Shown: one piece after another, positions 25,201 through 40,900 of the stretch
Layout: every line of letters begins with the position of its first letter
How positions within the stretch are numbered: position 1 is the stretch's first letter
DNA from: Trichoplax adhaerens
Lineage: Eukaryota > Animalia > Placozoa
Assembly: GCF_000150275.1 (NCBI RefSeq)
Contig: NW_002060947.1
Span: 7,549,880-7,613,879, forward strand
DNA: 64,000 nt
Direction: 5' to 3'
Translations under genes and position numbers: made by a program
The notes under the pieces: model-generated
The model's input: only the letters and a program-made list of their open reading frames with translations
What the model was told of the DNA's origin: nothing
Database searches by the model: none

Positions 25201-28200
25201 AGCGAAGCGTCAGTGTAATCTATGTATTTTATAATATTTAGGAATTGTCATTGTTGTTTACAAAATGATTAATGAAACCTTAAGACCAAATTATTACTAA
25301 ATTATGAAAATACATAGCTAGTTGTATCATTTTTAGAAGTCACTAACGCAAAGCTGTCTCAATATTATGTTTCAATAGCGTTATATCCTTATTTAGCACT
25401 AATTTCAATACAATTTAGTGCTACTTAATATTATACTCGTCGTAAGGTAAACTCGATAAAGTCAAGTATACATCCATCTCATAGCTTCATACTACTTTTG
25501 GCGATATTTCCTTCGGAAGATTTCTTTTAGGCAGCTTAAAATTATATTGATAAAAGCTGCTGTCAACATAATTTTAAAACTTCATTATTCTACATTCTAT
25601 TGGTCTAGGTATTCTAGCATCATAACACATTTTGAGAATTAAGGGTTACTTGCCATAAATCTAGTCCTGTTAATATGAATAATAGTGGTGATTCATTTCC
25701 TTACAAATTTATAGTTTGATAGCATTATATATCCATCAGAATATTAGATATATATGCTAACTTGCTTAAGTGTAAAATTTTCGATAGTTAATAGCTTTAT
25801 CAGTCAAAAGACATTCAAAGTTAACTAATTCAACCGCTAACAACAAATGAATTGATAATTGATAATTTATCAATCAGAAGATACATAAAGTTAACTAATT
25901 TAACTATCTACAACGAATATAACAATAATTGATAGTTTTATGGATCAGAATTGTATAAAGTAGACTACTACTTCAACTTTATGCAGCAAATATATCGATT
26001 ATTGATTTGTAGTTTCATCAATCTGAAGATATTTAAAGTTAACTAGTTTAACTTTCCACAAAAAAAATTTATCAGTAATTTGTAGTTCTATCAATCATAA
26101 CACGCGTATATAACATATATAAAATTAACTAGTTCAACTGTCTACAAATATATCGCTAATAAAATTGGCTTATCCTTGGGCAAGTTAGCTTACATCACTT
26201 GCATACCAGCAAAGGATTATCATTTTTAAGTTGTAAGTTAGTAATGTGAAGCTTAGAAATCATTAGTGCAATATCAAGACTATGCCAGAATCCAACATTC
26301 CACAAATTAATGAAGGGTAAGTACAAACACTAGAATTTCATTTCTAGACTGAAAATTAAGATATTCGTTTTATTCATTGTCTTGGAAGGCGTTAAACTAT
26401 ATTATATATTGCGCTCTCCATTTTGTTGATAAAATTTTTTGTCGTTATCATTCATTAACTTATTAGGGAATCGTACCCGACTGATCATCACTTAAGGTGT
26501 TCTACTATAAAAAGGCATCAGGTGAGATAAAGAAATCAATTAATGCCTAATCATTGATGCATGATCGTAAAGGCGTATGTATTTAGTTATGAGGGATCCT
26601 GTAAAGAGCAAATGAAGCCTAGGTATAACGATAGCTACTGATAAATCTCTTCATTTAAACGTTTCTATCTCACTAAGTGCTGTACTTAATTCCTTTAAAC
26701 TTTGTTAATGTTTATTTATATCGTGAGTGAGAAATTCAACATGGTAACCAAATAGAAAGTAATCAACTGTGCTAGCTCTAGTCGCGCATTAAATTGGCTT
26801 AAATTATCAGACATAAGCACTCAATGATAATAGGATTATTCAGATAGAATAACAACAACAAGAAAATGATAAATTAACTTGATATTACTGACATGATTGA
26901 CTATCGATGACTGCAAAGTGATCGGTTCCAGCCATTTTGATTTGATTGGCTCGATGCTGAAAGTCTATGGTATGAATCATCATGACTTTCATATAGTCTC
27001 TGCAACTTTATTGACTGATATGTTACATAGTCGATTAGGAGTTGTGATCGTATTGAATGCTGGAAATACAAAGTTTTCCTTATGTTTTAGTCATACAGTA
27101 GCACTTAGAATGTCTTATTTAAGCCTTATGATAGCAATAGCCACATAACAAAAGCGCATGCGTAATTACCCTGTTAAATGCAATCGGGTCATTAGCTCGC
27201 TGATCTGCAATTAGGGTTAGGCAAAATGAAGGAGGGGTGAACAGCAAGCCGGTACTCGGCTTCATAGATCGATAGAATATCGATAGCAAGTAGAAAAGTT
27301 GATGTTGATGGAAAGGGCTCATTTAAATAATTTACTCTATTCATTGCAAAGTACTGAGGTTACAACGGATGGAATGATGATGATAGATTGAGCATGGATA
27401 TATAGGAGAAGATAAGCGAAATTTGCATGCTAAATTAAGCATTCTAAATCATGATTATGATGTTACCGGAAATCTTCCTTTAATGCAATCTTTTAATAAT
27501 TTCATTTTTTCCTCTGCTTGCTCGGAAGATTCAGTAAAATCGTCTTTCAGTTCTGATGGCAAAGTCGTAATAAAATCCGGATCACGAATGAGGAATAGAG
27601 CTAAATAATTAACATCGATATGGATAGAAAGGTCAATAGGTGGACTAAAAATCCAATCAACAGCATACTTGTATTGAATTAATAGCAACGTAATTAAAAA
27701 ATGAAGTTTAGAAGAAATATTTGCTGTATTCTAAGCTTTTCATTGCATGCATAACACCGACCATTTGGGTTAGCTCTACGGAAAGCACCATGGATAATTT
27801 CCATTTCGGTAATAGATGTACCAAATATCCATCCATATTCTTCAGCTAAATATTTTGGTACATCAGATTCACTTGGTATCCAGCCTGAGCGATGACTACC
27901 AATATCGAACAAAAATAATTATTGTCATTTGTTAATGCTAGAGTCTATAAATTTACAAGTACCATTATCATTATCATGTTTCTATAATATCATTTCTGCC
28001 TGCTGGACTTATATACAGCAATTTACTTATTTACTGTACGGTCATAATCACTACCATCTCTTGTCATAAATCGCATAAAAAACTAGTTATATTACTTATT
28101 TTAAAATCAGTATTCTAAAATAATATCGAACCTGGACAGGTTTAAGAAAAATGGCCACATATTATCTTCATAACATCGATCTATTTCTCCAAGACATATT

Positions 28201-29230
28201 CGTAGCGTTTCCTCTGACGTAGCTTCTTTAGGAACTCCCTGAGATAGAATAGAAAAATTAAGCCTGGAATTGTATTAAATTTTCAGGACGATTTATTGCA
28301 ATCACTATCAAAGAATTCTTCTTCTAAGGGAATTAAGGATCAAAGTATTGTAAATTTCTTTTTAACATAAGATTGCATATTGAATAGGACTCAAATGCAG
28401 CTTTTATTTTTACGATCTTATTCTCAAAATATCTCTATATAAAAGCAATAATTTAATCTTACAATCAAATTATAAATAATCTTCAGATTAACCATATCTA
28501 AACACAAATTTATAAAATATGGTGCAGCCTCATGTACTAATGAGACTTTCTAAAGTTATTTCTATATAGTATAGACAGTCTTAAAGGCTATTAAAATCAA
28601 ACGGATCTAATTCATAAGCAGACTAACCCATCGTAAGTCACATTCAATTAAATGTAATTTTAATTTTTCACACCATAGCCTGAGTTCCGGAAAGACCTAT
28701 AAGTAATCAATCAATACTATTAACACTTGGCCGAGTTACTTTAATAACATTAGCATACGCAAAGTAGAAAGTTATACCATCAAATCAATAGCTACTTTAA
28801 TGCCCATTACCTGTTTAACAAGTACTTCTCGTTCAGCATGAAAATCTTTAAATGTCGAGGATACAAATAATCGTATAGTTTTCCATCCTCGTCTTTTTGT
28901 AGATGGTACAACTGCACTGGTTTCGGGCGTTGAAGTAGCTCTAACGCAATCCCAACACTCCATTGCATTAGCTGGTTTTATTTCGCAAACTTCATTCAAA
29001 GATAATTCTGGTTTAGGTGGTAACTCTGACCATAATATGGTAAAAGTGTCAATTGGACCAGAACGCTTAGTAACTTTAAATTCTCTTTTAGTTGTCGGCG
29101 CATTATCAATGTTACTAGTAATGCTATTGCTATTATCGTTGGAAGTAGCATTGCAAGGAGCAGCATTTGGCGGTTCAGGTGGATCCGTTTGAGCAACCAC
29201 TTGTAAATTTTTACTAGATGCGCAGCCCAT
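19247..29230 (-). CDS. Copy B: DUF4062-NACHT-TPR paralog, 24 exons, about 1135 aa
   Basis: Exons: 29230-28811, 28696-28628, 28238-28132, 27895-27762, 27600-27467, 25103-24999, 24822-24730, 24551-24495, 24319-24183, 23860-23752, 23614-23510, 23403-23230, 23087-22900, 22685-22369, 22274-22103, 21939-21831, 21335-21207, 21139-21027, 20917-20785, 20659-20543, 20416-20270, 20143-20060, 19653-19498, 19345-19247. It starts MGCASSK and has the same motifs and intron phases as copy A. Confidence 0.92.
25785..26160. repeat. Degenerate tandem repeat, about 5 x 70-85 bp, in intron 5 of copy B
   Basis: The blocks aaagttaacta(a/g)tt(c/t)aac and tatcaatc recur near 25817, 25887, 25957, 26036 and 26121. Confidence 0.7.
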
Positions 29231-31997
29231 ATTTGCGTTAGTTTATAATTAAGCTTTTCTAGGAAATGGGAAGCCTTTCTATTGAGTAGTAGGCGTAGAA
29301 ATATTGTTTCATTAATGCTTATATTTAGTAAATTTACAAACAATTTAGATTCTATTCTAAATTATTTAAGAAAATCTTAAACGATATGAAACTGCTGTAT
29401 GCTATGCCATTATTATAACAGTTAAAATGAAGATTAAATCATTTCTCTGGCTTTTTACTTTCGATTATAAAATTTAAAGTTAGATTTTGCTTTCTAAATT
29501 TTTTAAATTTAAACCACCAGAATTTTAATACCAATTTATAGTTGAAAATCTACTAATTTACGAATGATTGGGTCAAGCAAAATAGATCTTCTCTATTTTG
29601 AGCAAACTCATCTACAAGTTCTTTCTGTAATTTAAAATCAATCTAAATGATTCGTTACAATGAGCTCTGTAAGATTATAAATACAGTTGTTTTCATTTCT
29701 ACGATAGGACCGGTAGCTATTTTATACTATGTTTTCCACTTAAAACGTTATCTGTAAGAATTACTTTTATTCTTGATTGTAATATTCAATAATGATGTGA
29801 TATCATCGATGATATATGTGAACTCTACGTGACTGCAAGTTTTAATTTATGTGAAAATAAGAGTCCTATTATCTTTTAAAAGTAAATTACTATATGGTTT
29901 TTAATCTTTACGTAACGCTTCTTCTATCACTAATTTCGTTAATAATAGCTTTAAGATGTTACTTTAATATTTATATTATTTTAAAATATTTACAGCAATG
30001 TACTGGTAGTGGTCTTATGCCTCTAGAGGTGACATAATACTAAAGTCGTAAACTTTAAAATCCTAAACGCTAGCTTTACTTTTGGTTTCATGCAATACAG
30101 CATTAGATACCGGTACTAATTTAGCTTCATGCTACTATAATACGTAATAATTGTCAAGTAGAAGCTATTACAAGCTAAAGCTTGGGTAGTTACAACTCTA
30201 TGTCCTCAATCATATATATTTATCAAAAATCAGCTCTGGTCGATATTTTTATAGGATGTTAGATATCAGTGATAATTTATCCTTATTCTACCGCAATACA
30301 AATAATTGTTAATTAGTAATTACAAGCAAAAATTTCAGTATTTACAATTCCATATCCTCAAGGATCTGGAATACCAGTACTGATCGATATTTTTAGAGGT
30401 AAAGTAAGTATACTTAGGTCTTTTGGGAACTTCTTCGTCATTGTTACTTGTTACGGTAGTTATAAATGAGTAGTGTTGTTAGAAAACTACGAAATTTATT
30501 CCTGTATTTTATCCATTCACATACAATACGATCAATAACTACTGTACCACACATTTCGACAAGTTTCAGTCAATAAAATCCACAAGGCGATGGATGATTA
30601 ATTTCTTATTTATTTATTTATAAATCCATTTACTTTAAACTAGTTTATTCACTACTCCTTACTTTATTTACTTGCAATATTGTTCTTTGCTTAATTTGTC
30701 TAATAATTTCTTGCAGTCGCAACACCAAGTTTCTTCTATTGGCTAGAAACGAAGGCTAAAGTAAGTCACTTATTTGATAACACTGACCAATATCGCTAAT
30801 CTATAGTTTGCTTTGGCAGTTCAATGTTTCACTACTCGTATTCGACATAATTTTGACGTAAATTAGCAACCTATTCGGCGTATTCCTATGGTTACGAATG
30901 AAAAAGGGAGTGGCCATATCGCTATGACTACCATTCTTTTTAAACAATCGGTTGCGCTGCTATAACTGGCAATGAAAATGATCAGATAATGTACGAACTC
31001 AACAACACTATTTTCTTGTAGTCATCAAGTAATGCGATGCTATTTTCCAATTGATTAATAAGAAGAGACATAATTATATAAATTTATTGTAACTTTTGCT
31101 AAAGCAGATTACCTTAACTCTCAATTAGGTGTCATTATTTTCCTTAATTAATATTTTTACTTCCAGACAGACAAAATTATCTAAATTTATCTGAAATGTA
31201 TTGTTCATATATAACATTTGCCAACATGATCGATCTCTATTCTGCTTACATTGCATGATGTAACGTATCTTATAGTACAGTCCACATTTGTTGCCTTCTA
31301 AATTACGTAGTATTGAAGTATGATTCCAGTTTGAGATTTTAATGTGCCGTAAGCCTTACTGCTACCAGATGCAAAGCATTTTATTGTTAAGGTTATTCAT
31401 ACCTTGAAATACATGTATTATGAAATGCAGTTAATTCATAAGAAATAAAAATTATTTATATAAGTATTATCAAGGCTATAAAATGAAAGAAATTATGATA
31501 GAATATAGAATGATGTTTAGCTGCATTGTACTGTATAATATGAAATTGAAATGTCCACAAGTCTACTCTACACAGATAGTTCAGTATATAGATCAACTTT
31601 AAAGCAGTAAGAGTAAGGTAATATTTCCATTCATACGTACCAATTTTACATAAAGTTGTCTTAAAATTTACCGACACGAAAAATAATATGATAAGAATAT
31701 AATTATTTGTAAAAAAATGATAATTACCCGATCTAAGAGCCATGATTCTTATCGTTTTTAGACGAATTATATTAAAGAACGTTTAAACAATTACAATTAT
31801 TTATAGTTAAAATGCACGTGCAAATGAAGATTAGATTATGCAGTTATTACTTTTGTTAATTAGATTAAGTAAATTCATAAATTATATAAGCGATCTTCTT
31901 ATAAAAATAAATGAGATGTAATAAATAAATAAATCTAGATCTAGATCAAAGATGATCAGTGCATAGGCAATAGGTATTGCTATGGTATTGGTGTCCT

Positions 31998-34900
31998 TCA
32001 ACTCATTTGAGCTATTCTGAGAAATTCCGGTTCATCAAGAACAGATTTGATTCTCAAAGCAGATGGATGTGTAGGTCCTAATACCTACGAAATAATCCAA
32101 AAATATGATATTATTGATTTAAAATTAATTATATACCTAGAAAGAAGTAGTAAAATATCATTTTACCTCGCAAGAAATGTCAAATGCTCTTTTATAATAA
32201 GTATATGATTTTCTCTTGTCTTCGTATTCAATCAAAATACCAGTATTAAAGACGATTCTTGCGGTTAGTTTGTGAAATTCGCCGTAAGCTAGTGTGCACA
32301 ACTCGAGCGCCTTCTCATATTTCTAATAAATAAAAGGAGAGAAAATTGAAAATTTTTTTAAATTATTCCATTTTCAAAAGGAAATCTTTAAAGCAATGTT
32401 TAAATCGTATTAATCATCAGCAAATGAATAGTATGTTGCATGATTAGCCATAACAATCATATAACAAAAATGCAAAGATTATAAGTTAATAAGTTTATCT
32501 ATATGCTAGAAACAAAAGCTTAATTTCTTCAAGATGGGCTTATTCTACTATGCTTATTCTTTAGTAAGACTGAATATACTGACCATGGTGTCACAACCCT
32601 CACTTGTGGCAAAGGAAAGTAAAGAACTCTAGTGTAGTTAATTAAAACTTGGGCTATTTCTCCCAGTACTTTCAGTTTCTGTGAGAGAAGTATTTGAGAA
32701 CTCGATTTCTCGGCTGATCTCGACAGACAACTGACTAATTATTACACTATTCTTCACGATATGAGTCTTGCCGTTTCTTGAGCAATTACTAACTTTATTC
32801 TACAAACACACGCGCTTAAATAGGTTTCTACAGTGAATTCCAACATTAACGAGTGAGAATCCATACTTTACAAGTTACATTAATTAGTATAATACCATTA
32901 CTAAATATACATATCGATATTCTCAGACTTAGATAGCTACAAGCTATCAGGTGTTAGACGCTTAACCTTCGTCTATATACGGTTTAATTTTTAGAGATTA
33001 AGACACCTTATAAATCTACAGTAAATCAACTGTTAACAACTTCTATTTCTATCTCATTTCTACCATCCTATTATCAGCTACAAGCGCATTAAACATAGCA
33101 CATAACCTTATCTTATTTATTCATAAGCATTCATTAATCAACAGTTACTTAATTAGTAACGGCGTACCGCGACACATGGATTATGTGGTATAGTGCACAT
33201 TTATTCTCGATATACTTATGATATCCTGCAATTTGTACTGTAATTTATCTTAAAAAGCAATTTTTTCTTTCGATATCACATTTCTTCACAAGAAAAACTG
33301 CTAATAGCAATTGCATACCCTTATTTGTTCTTTCGATCTTTCTTTAAAGGTATACATTCCTAAGTTCAAGTTGGCTTCGGCTAAATGACCAATGTCACCA
33401 AGCTGAGTAGAAATAATAATTGAAAATGTTTAATTTCAAATTACTATTCGTTACTAAATAAGCACAACATTAAAAATTAATAATAAATTTATTACGGTAC
33501 TAGCTGAATCAAGCTTAAAGTAACCAGCTGTAAGCTATAATCTAGGAGCATAGTTATTATACAAGTGCCAATAATAGGCAAGAACAATATAATGTCACTT
33601 GGAAGCATTTGTTTCTAGCTACCCCTTTAACTATGCCCAATCGTACCGCACATTACTACATGTGAATTACCAAGTTCTTAAAATTCTTGAAAGTTACAAA
33701 CAAAAATTTAACAAGATTTAACAAACAGCAATTGAAGCTATTTCAAAATTTCTATAAATAGGTCGGCGTACTGTTATATTAGGTGAGAAGTTTGGGATAT
33801 GCTGAATGAATCTGATGTACCTCTTGAAATATTCCTAGCGCATTGTTAGCGTGAGTTCCGCTATTTCTTTTAGCTTTTTCAGGAGTTAAATCCTTGTAAG
33901 TTCTTCGAAATTTCTGGAAAGTTCCATAGTGGAAAGATACACGAAGTTCTACTAATCCTAAATGATACTATATAATGTTAAAACAACTTATTTTAGTAAT
34001 TTTGCCACTACACCCTAACAAGATTCCACCTCCTCACTGCAACAGGACCTTATTATCATCGCCTTGTAGATTTTTACGCAATGAAATTGCCTTCAGTCCT
34101 GTCTGTATTACATCATAATGCTTATATGCATCACTTGGCCGGACAAATTCTGCTAACTTGCTGACCTATATCAGTTATGTCATAAATGAGGAGCAATCAG
34201 TTGGATGATATATTAAAGTCATTAGTCAACATTTTTTGCATCTAATGAAGAAAAAGTATAGCTATTAAGTATTGACATAGTTGATATTATTCAATAGGTA
34301 TCTGAAGGCTAAAGTAGAGCTATTATATAAAAGATATATGAAGAATAAAATAGAACTATTAATTATTAGAATAGCCAATACTATTAAAAAGGCATTTGAA
34401 GGCACAGTAGTTGATTAATTATTATTATGGCATGGAAAATATCATCAGGTAAGCGTTAAGAATAAATCATCACAACTAGAATTTCATTAAATATCTAATT
34501 TCAGGCACATATCACGGCAATAATGCTTATATTTAGTTATGGTAATGAAATTTTATCTCCTCAAATTCAATTAGACTTACTTCGGATTTAATATCCGTTA
34601 GCAATTCATATAGATTGGCTAATTTTTCTTTTCGTCCACCTAATTCGTTAATTTCTAATGTAATAGCTTCATCGGATAGCCTTTCTGCTACATCGTATTG
34701 ACCAGCACAGCAACTGAAAGAAATTAATAATAAAAATAATTATAATTAATAAATTGTGTTAAAACACTGCTTCTTTACTCACTACAGTAACTCTATTAAG
34801 ATATATGATCAGATACTCCACTAACAGGAAACGAGCTACTCTCCATTTTTTGTCAACAAAGTCTGCAGCTTTAGTCTTCGATGAAGACAAAGTTTCCAGT

Positions 34901-37900
34901 GCTTGCGTATAGAGCGTTGCTGCTGTTCCATATCCACCAGCCTAAATTGGCAAGATTATGTAATTTATTTTATTCAAGTACTAAAAAGTTCGTTATGGCA
35001 TAGAGCAAAAAATTTAACTTAAGCACCTTGCGCCATGAACGTAATAATTCCACATTATATTCATCAGCAGCTAGTTTCTCAAAGACAGGCCATTCTAGCA
35101 GACATCTAGCTAATCTACTATGATCAAGTAATCTTTCCAAATGATACGGTAACTCCTGATATTATATGGGTAGTGTTTCATTATCGAAATTATATAAGAA
35201 TTAATATGATAGTAATTACTATCAAATAGACTGATTTAAAATGTCAAACTTATGATTTAATAATAAGATTGTCATTTAGATGCACTAGTTATTGCTAACG
35301 GTTGTTCTAGCTAAGTTAAACCTAGCTAGAGTTTATTTGAAGCTGTTTACGCAAAAAGGAAGAACATTACCTCTGCTTTGCGATCATGATTTTCTACTTG
35401 CTCGAAATAGCTAGCAAGCTTGCCATGCCACCAAGTGTATAAGAACTTTCTATAATCGTCAGAGCTAGACTTAAAATATCTTAGATGAAAGAAAGTATAC
35501 AGCAGAAAAATTAATAACCAAAGGATTGAAATACAAATATCCTTCAGTGATTTTTAAATTTGTTACAGACAACAATTCATTTGATGCCAGGTCGATTTTA
35601 AGAGCAATCTTAAAGGTGTATGTTAATCATCATTGTGTAAAGATCGTGAAAGAGTAATCTAAGTTACGTTCCAAGGTAAAAATATTTCGAAGTAATAAGT
35701 GGCTGTCTAATATTTCAATTTCAGTTGGAATAATTGTGAAGACTAGCACTGACTTATGCAATATCTGGAACAACTTTTAGACATGCAATATTTCTATTCT
35801 CACTTTTTTCGAACCGCTTTGCTCATTGCACGATGGTAAAAGTCTAATCTGCCTTCACCACTATCGCCACAAGGTCGTAGAAATGGTTTGAGTGCACGAA
35901 ATACAACAGCCCATTTAGCAGCTGGCAATGGCTGTCTAGTTGAGCGAGTTGATTTAGACTCTTCTACTTCTTCTTTAGCTTTAATGGGTTAATAATTGAA
36001 CTATTATTACTATTTATTGTAACAGCAGATTGAAACTATTAGTTGAATTTATCTATTATCGTAAAACGACAAAAATTGTTCAGTAAAGTATCCCCTCATT
36101 TAGCAACTTCTTTCTTAATATGGTACTTACTAAGGCTTTTCTTTTCTTCAAAATCGGTTTTTCTATATGTTTCTTCCACCGCTACATGTAACTGCTTTGA
36201 TAAATCATGTGCTAAGCTTTCATCTACATCTTTTTCGCCAAGATTGTTTTCTGTACGCATAGCTTGCATTTGATAAGGCCCTTTACCGAGATATTCCTTT
36301 TGAGAAGGCGGTTTTAGCGTTTCATCTTCTCCAAGTAATTCTAATAATTCTCGTTCCAGTAATCCGTGACGAGAACATTCTAGCAAGCAGAGTGTTGCTA
36401 CCATTAAATGGCCACCGCTTTCAGCTTCAAAACGAGTAAGAACTTGTTCTAACAATCTGCACATAGAAGCAAATTATGAATTATTTCTATAGGTTTTAAA
36501 CTTAATTTTGTCAGCAAATCAGAAAGGTATCATTAAGATCATACAAAACACACTGAATTAGACTTACTCTAACAAGCCATCAGCTAATCCTTTAATCATC
36601 TCTGTAACTTTACTAAATAAACCAAAAACTCGCAGTTCTTCACAAGCGATTGATAGCCAAAGTGGATTAGCAGATGCTTTCTTAGATAGTAAAAGTTCCA
36701 TTTGTGTATTATCTAATCGTTTATTAAATTTGGTCAAGACTTGATCTACAATTTCCTATAATTTAAAATGCAACTCTAGCTCAATATTTTTTTTCAAATA
36801 ACATGATCTATCGAAAATTTCTTGCATAGCACTAATATATTGATTTTTACCCTTCTGCTTGCCAAATCTAATGGTCCACAAAAAAGTTCCTTAGGTCGGT
36901 CTGAGCGTTTCGCAAGACTACGATGGCAAGGTGTGTCATTGATAACCGAACATATAATTCGCACCTTTTTGGATAATTTGAAGGGAAGCCAAGTAACTTG
37001 TTCAGCTTCTTTCGTTTTATCGAGCTAGTAATATTAATAATGTAATTATTGTTAGCTGTGTGATTAAAACACTCTAGATAACATTAAAGAATTTATTTTA
37101 TCCCAGATATATATTCTTTACAATTTTTCCGTACTTGGTACTATATCAAGATTTATAATTTTAAACTTTATGGTAGAAATAAGAACCTGATTTAAGGCAT
37201 CAAAAAATAAAATAGTAGGTGGCAAACTTGGATTACTTAATGTAATGTTGGATAGCCGAACCAACGATTCAGTATCTGCCGGAATTTCTCCCTGTATTAT
37301 TATAAACATATACCATCATATTTACTTTCTTATATTTCTTTTATACAGAATATTTTGAGTTTGAAAGAAATAAAGAATAATTCAGAAACCTAGAAGTTCC
37401 TAGATTTAAGTAATACTCACCACATACTTCAATTCTTTCAGCATACGTTGCAGCATAAAGCCAAGATCGGTCGAACCAGGTGCTGCTCCAATAAAGTGAT
37501 AAAAGATGTTCCAACCTTTATTGCTACCTCTGAAACATTAATTACCGCTATTATTAGTTCTAAAAATACTCAAGTCTAATAGATTACGGTAAAAAATTTC
37601 CATATATCTAAGTGTATCATGATAATCTTAAGAATATTTACCCCTTAATATCATTATTATTAGCCTTGTTAACTGTGGTGGCTGCACTTCGTGCTATGAT
37701 TGCACTTTTTCCAGCTCCAGCAACTCCAACTAAAACCATAGGAACTCCTGAATCCTTGGAACTAATATAATCTTGGATCTATGTTAATACAGATATAGGA
37801 TAAAATTACTAGATGTGTATATGTATGTGTCGTTTACTGTAATGGCTATCTATAAGTGATGATATTGCAGAGATTTTAATATACAGAAATAGAATAAAAT

Positions 37901-40900
37901 AATGAGAATAAGCGTATAGACAGTTTGTTATATCGGCCTAAAGATATCTCAAATTAGAAATAACTGTGACACAAACAGTTTATTATATTAACTTACAGGT
38001 ATCTTTAAATTTTGAATATATAATTTGTTATATCTACATACATTCGATTAGCAATATCTGATGGCTATCTACAGACAATAACAGTGCAAAATTTTGACTC
38101 TAACCTGGTCTAAAATTTCATCTCGACCTAATACAGTAGATGATCGCGTATTTAGAAATACCTGTGAAGAAATAACTTAATATTTAAGTTTAAAATTTCG
38201 TAGATATTTTGTCTTTTCTTTAGTTGCTATAGGGTAAGGAATGATAGTAATAAATCGAATGATAAATTTCTTTTAGCAGTTTTCGCTAAAAAGAAGAAAT
38301 TTATTCTAAGTCAGACTTCAACTAGTTTCGTTTTATATCATATTGTAACTGAAATATTGGCCAATTTGTAAACAGTCACGGTTTGTATTTATCCGAATGA
38401 TTAGATACAGTGAATTTCGATTGCGGTAAATAATAAGTATTAATGAATAATGTCCGATACTAGGATATATTCAAACAACATTACCTCATGTGCTTCACGT
38501 ATTACTTCTAACATATCCATTGAAGAATGATCCAGAGGGTATTGATGACTAATTTGGCGCTTAAAGAATTCAATTACCTGCGTATTTTATTAGAATCTAG
38601 TTAGTATTTTGGTTGGATTGAGTTATAATTAATGATTTGAAGGTATGGTCAAAACTTTTTTTGTATTGAATATCGCTTAAATCTGAATTTTTCATCGCAA
38701 TTATCATTAATTGAAGGATAAGATTACTCTATTTAAAACAATTGCTACATTTGCCTGATGTTAAATTTAGAGGTTAAGATCAACATGAAGATTAAATCAG
38801 CTCTTACTATTAAGGAATCACAGAAGACGTAAATATGGCAAGAAATTTTATCGCAGTGATCTCTTACAAAATCAATTTGCGTATAAAGTCTAGCAAATTC
38901 TACATAGACGCTTTAAGACATAAAATATTCTGTGGAAATTCGATTTATAAGTTGTGTAAATATCGGTGGAACAGTTTTGTGCATGCTAAACATTGGCTTT
39001 ATACAGAAATCTGAATAGTTGATTGCTTGCGATCCAAACCAAAGTTAATAAGCAAAGTAAGATATACATATCAGAACCTGATAACACCATGATGAAAAAT
39101 TTTGCAAAACTAGACATTTGTGAAAAATATTAAAATTAAAATAGAAGTAGTTACTTTTTAGAAGTTTTGTCTTCTGAATTGGCAAAATACTTTTAACATA
39201 ATATAGGATCAAATTTCGATCGAATTTCAAATAGCCGACTACTTACTGTTCATTTCGAAAGTGCTGTATGGAAATATATGAACTTCCTGAATACAAGAGG
39301 AGAAAATACTACATTGTTCCTCGTAGCAATTTTGGCAACATTTCTTTACGGATTATGAACCTTATGTCTTTCAATGTGCTGATGATTATTATCCAAAAAT
39401 AATTGAAAGCCCTCTAATACTATGCAGAATGCATCTACTAGGAATAAAGAATCGATTTAATTTTGAGGTGAAATCCGCACAACAGTAGTTCCACAACATT
39501 AGTTCTTAGTTTTATATGCCTATTATGACAAGAAGGTAACGGAGATCATTTGCTTATATTTATTTACTTATGCACAATGCAGTACTGCTTAGCGCTACCT
39601 TATGAAAATTTTCATCAGACTTACTGTGCATGCAATATACACTATCTATAGTTACACTAGCTCTAGTTTCTATATTGCTCAGTTAGGAATTTGCAGTTTT
39701 TAACAAACCTTCAGAGCATTACTGAATTTAAATGATAAGATGATAAAACGGAGCTTTTGATAGTTTGGAAAGAAAATTGCATTTGATTTACTTGTAATTA
39801 AGTTTATGGTTGTTCGATATTATAAAATCAGCGAAAGACAGACAGCTTTCTTTTAAAAGCTTACTTATATAACTTGCACTAACTGAGAGAGATTAAAAGA
39901 GAACAACTTCCATGATTAAATCGTGTGCAATGCTTTAGAGTGCATTAAGGGAAGGGTAACAAGCAACGCTAGTGATGCTACAGGATTTTAAAATTTAACT
40001 GAGGATTAAAGGGTAAATACGAGTAAGAACCAATTATTTGCCTTTTGCATCCAAAATATAATATATTTTGCCTTGGAAATTCCTATTAGCATCTGCTATA
40101 TGTGCTTAGATAATTTCAGCAATATAAATTAGATATCTTGTTGGACATGAATAGTATATTTACTGGTAGAAATTCTTTTTCTCATATTAATGACAAGAAA
40201 TTTTAAATGCAATACAATTAAAATATTATAAGGATATAAGATCTTTTCTATTAAAGATTTTCCTCTTTTATTACGGTATGTGTCACACTAGTTTTAATGA
40301 AACGCTACCAAGAAAGAATGACTCAAATTAGGTTTGATATCGAAGATCAAAGATCTTTTTTAAGTTTGAAAGTAGAATACTTGTGAGAAAGTAATTCAAT
40401 TTTTTATAATGATGCTTTTATCATAGTGCAAAGAACATTTCATTTTGACTATAAGATAGTTTACAGTCACTATATTTGAAGTAATGACTCAAATTTTATA
40501 CTAATTAGTAATATCATGATGTAGCGTAGAATATCAACTACAATAAGTAACAATCATTAAATAAATACTAAAACAGTATTGATTATAAAATGGCCTTAAG
40601 CTACAAGTATTTCTTAGCTCACCGTTTTAACGAAAATCGATTCTGATCCTAAGCCTCGAACTCGAACAATGTCATTAATGTCGTCAACTCCATCAAAGGA
40701 GCAAGTATAAGTTACCACACGCGATTCCTATAACAAAACATTAAGCATTATCCTATCATATCCTCTAAAATTAGATTCATCATGGATATTCAACGTATAA
40801 CCGATAATATCGTATCTAAACTGTTTCTTGGCAAAGTCGAAATAAGCAATAATGTTATTTCGTTACGGTAATTATGAAAAAATCAATGAATGGATTGTAA

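Noticed and set aside
22745-27222. TTAGGG-like words near 22747 and 27210 as interstitial telomere
   Set aside because: There are fewer than two full units at each site, which is compatible with chance.
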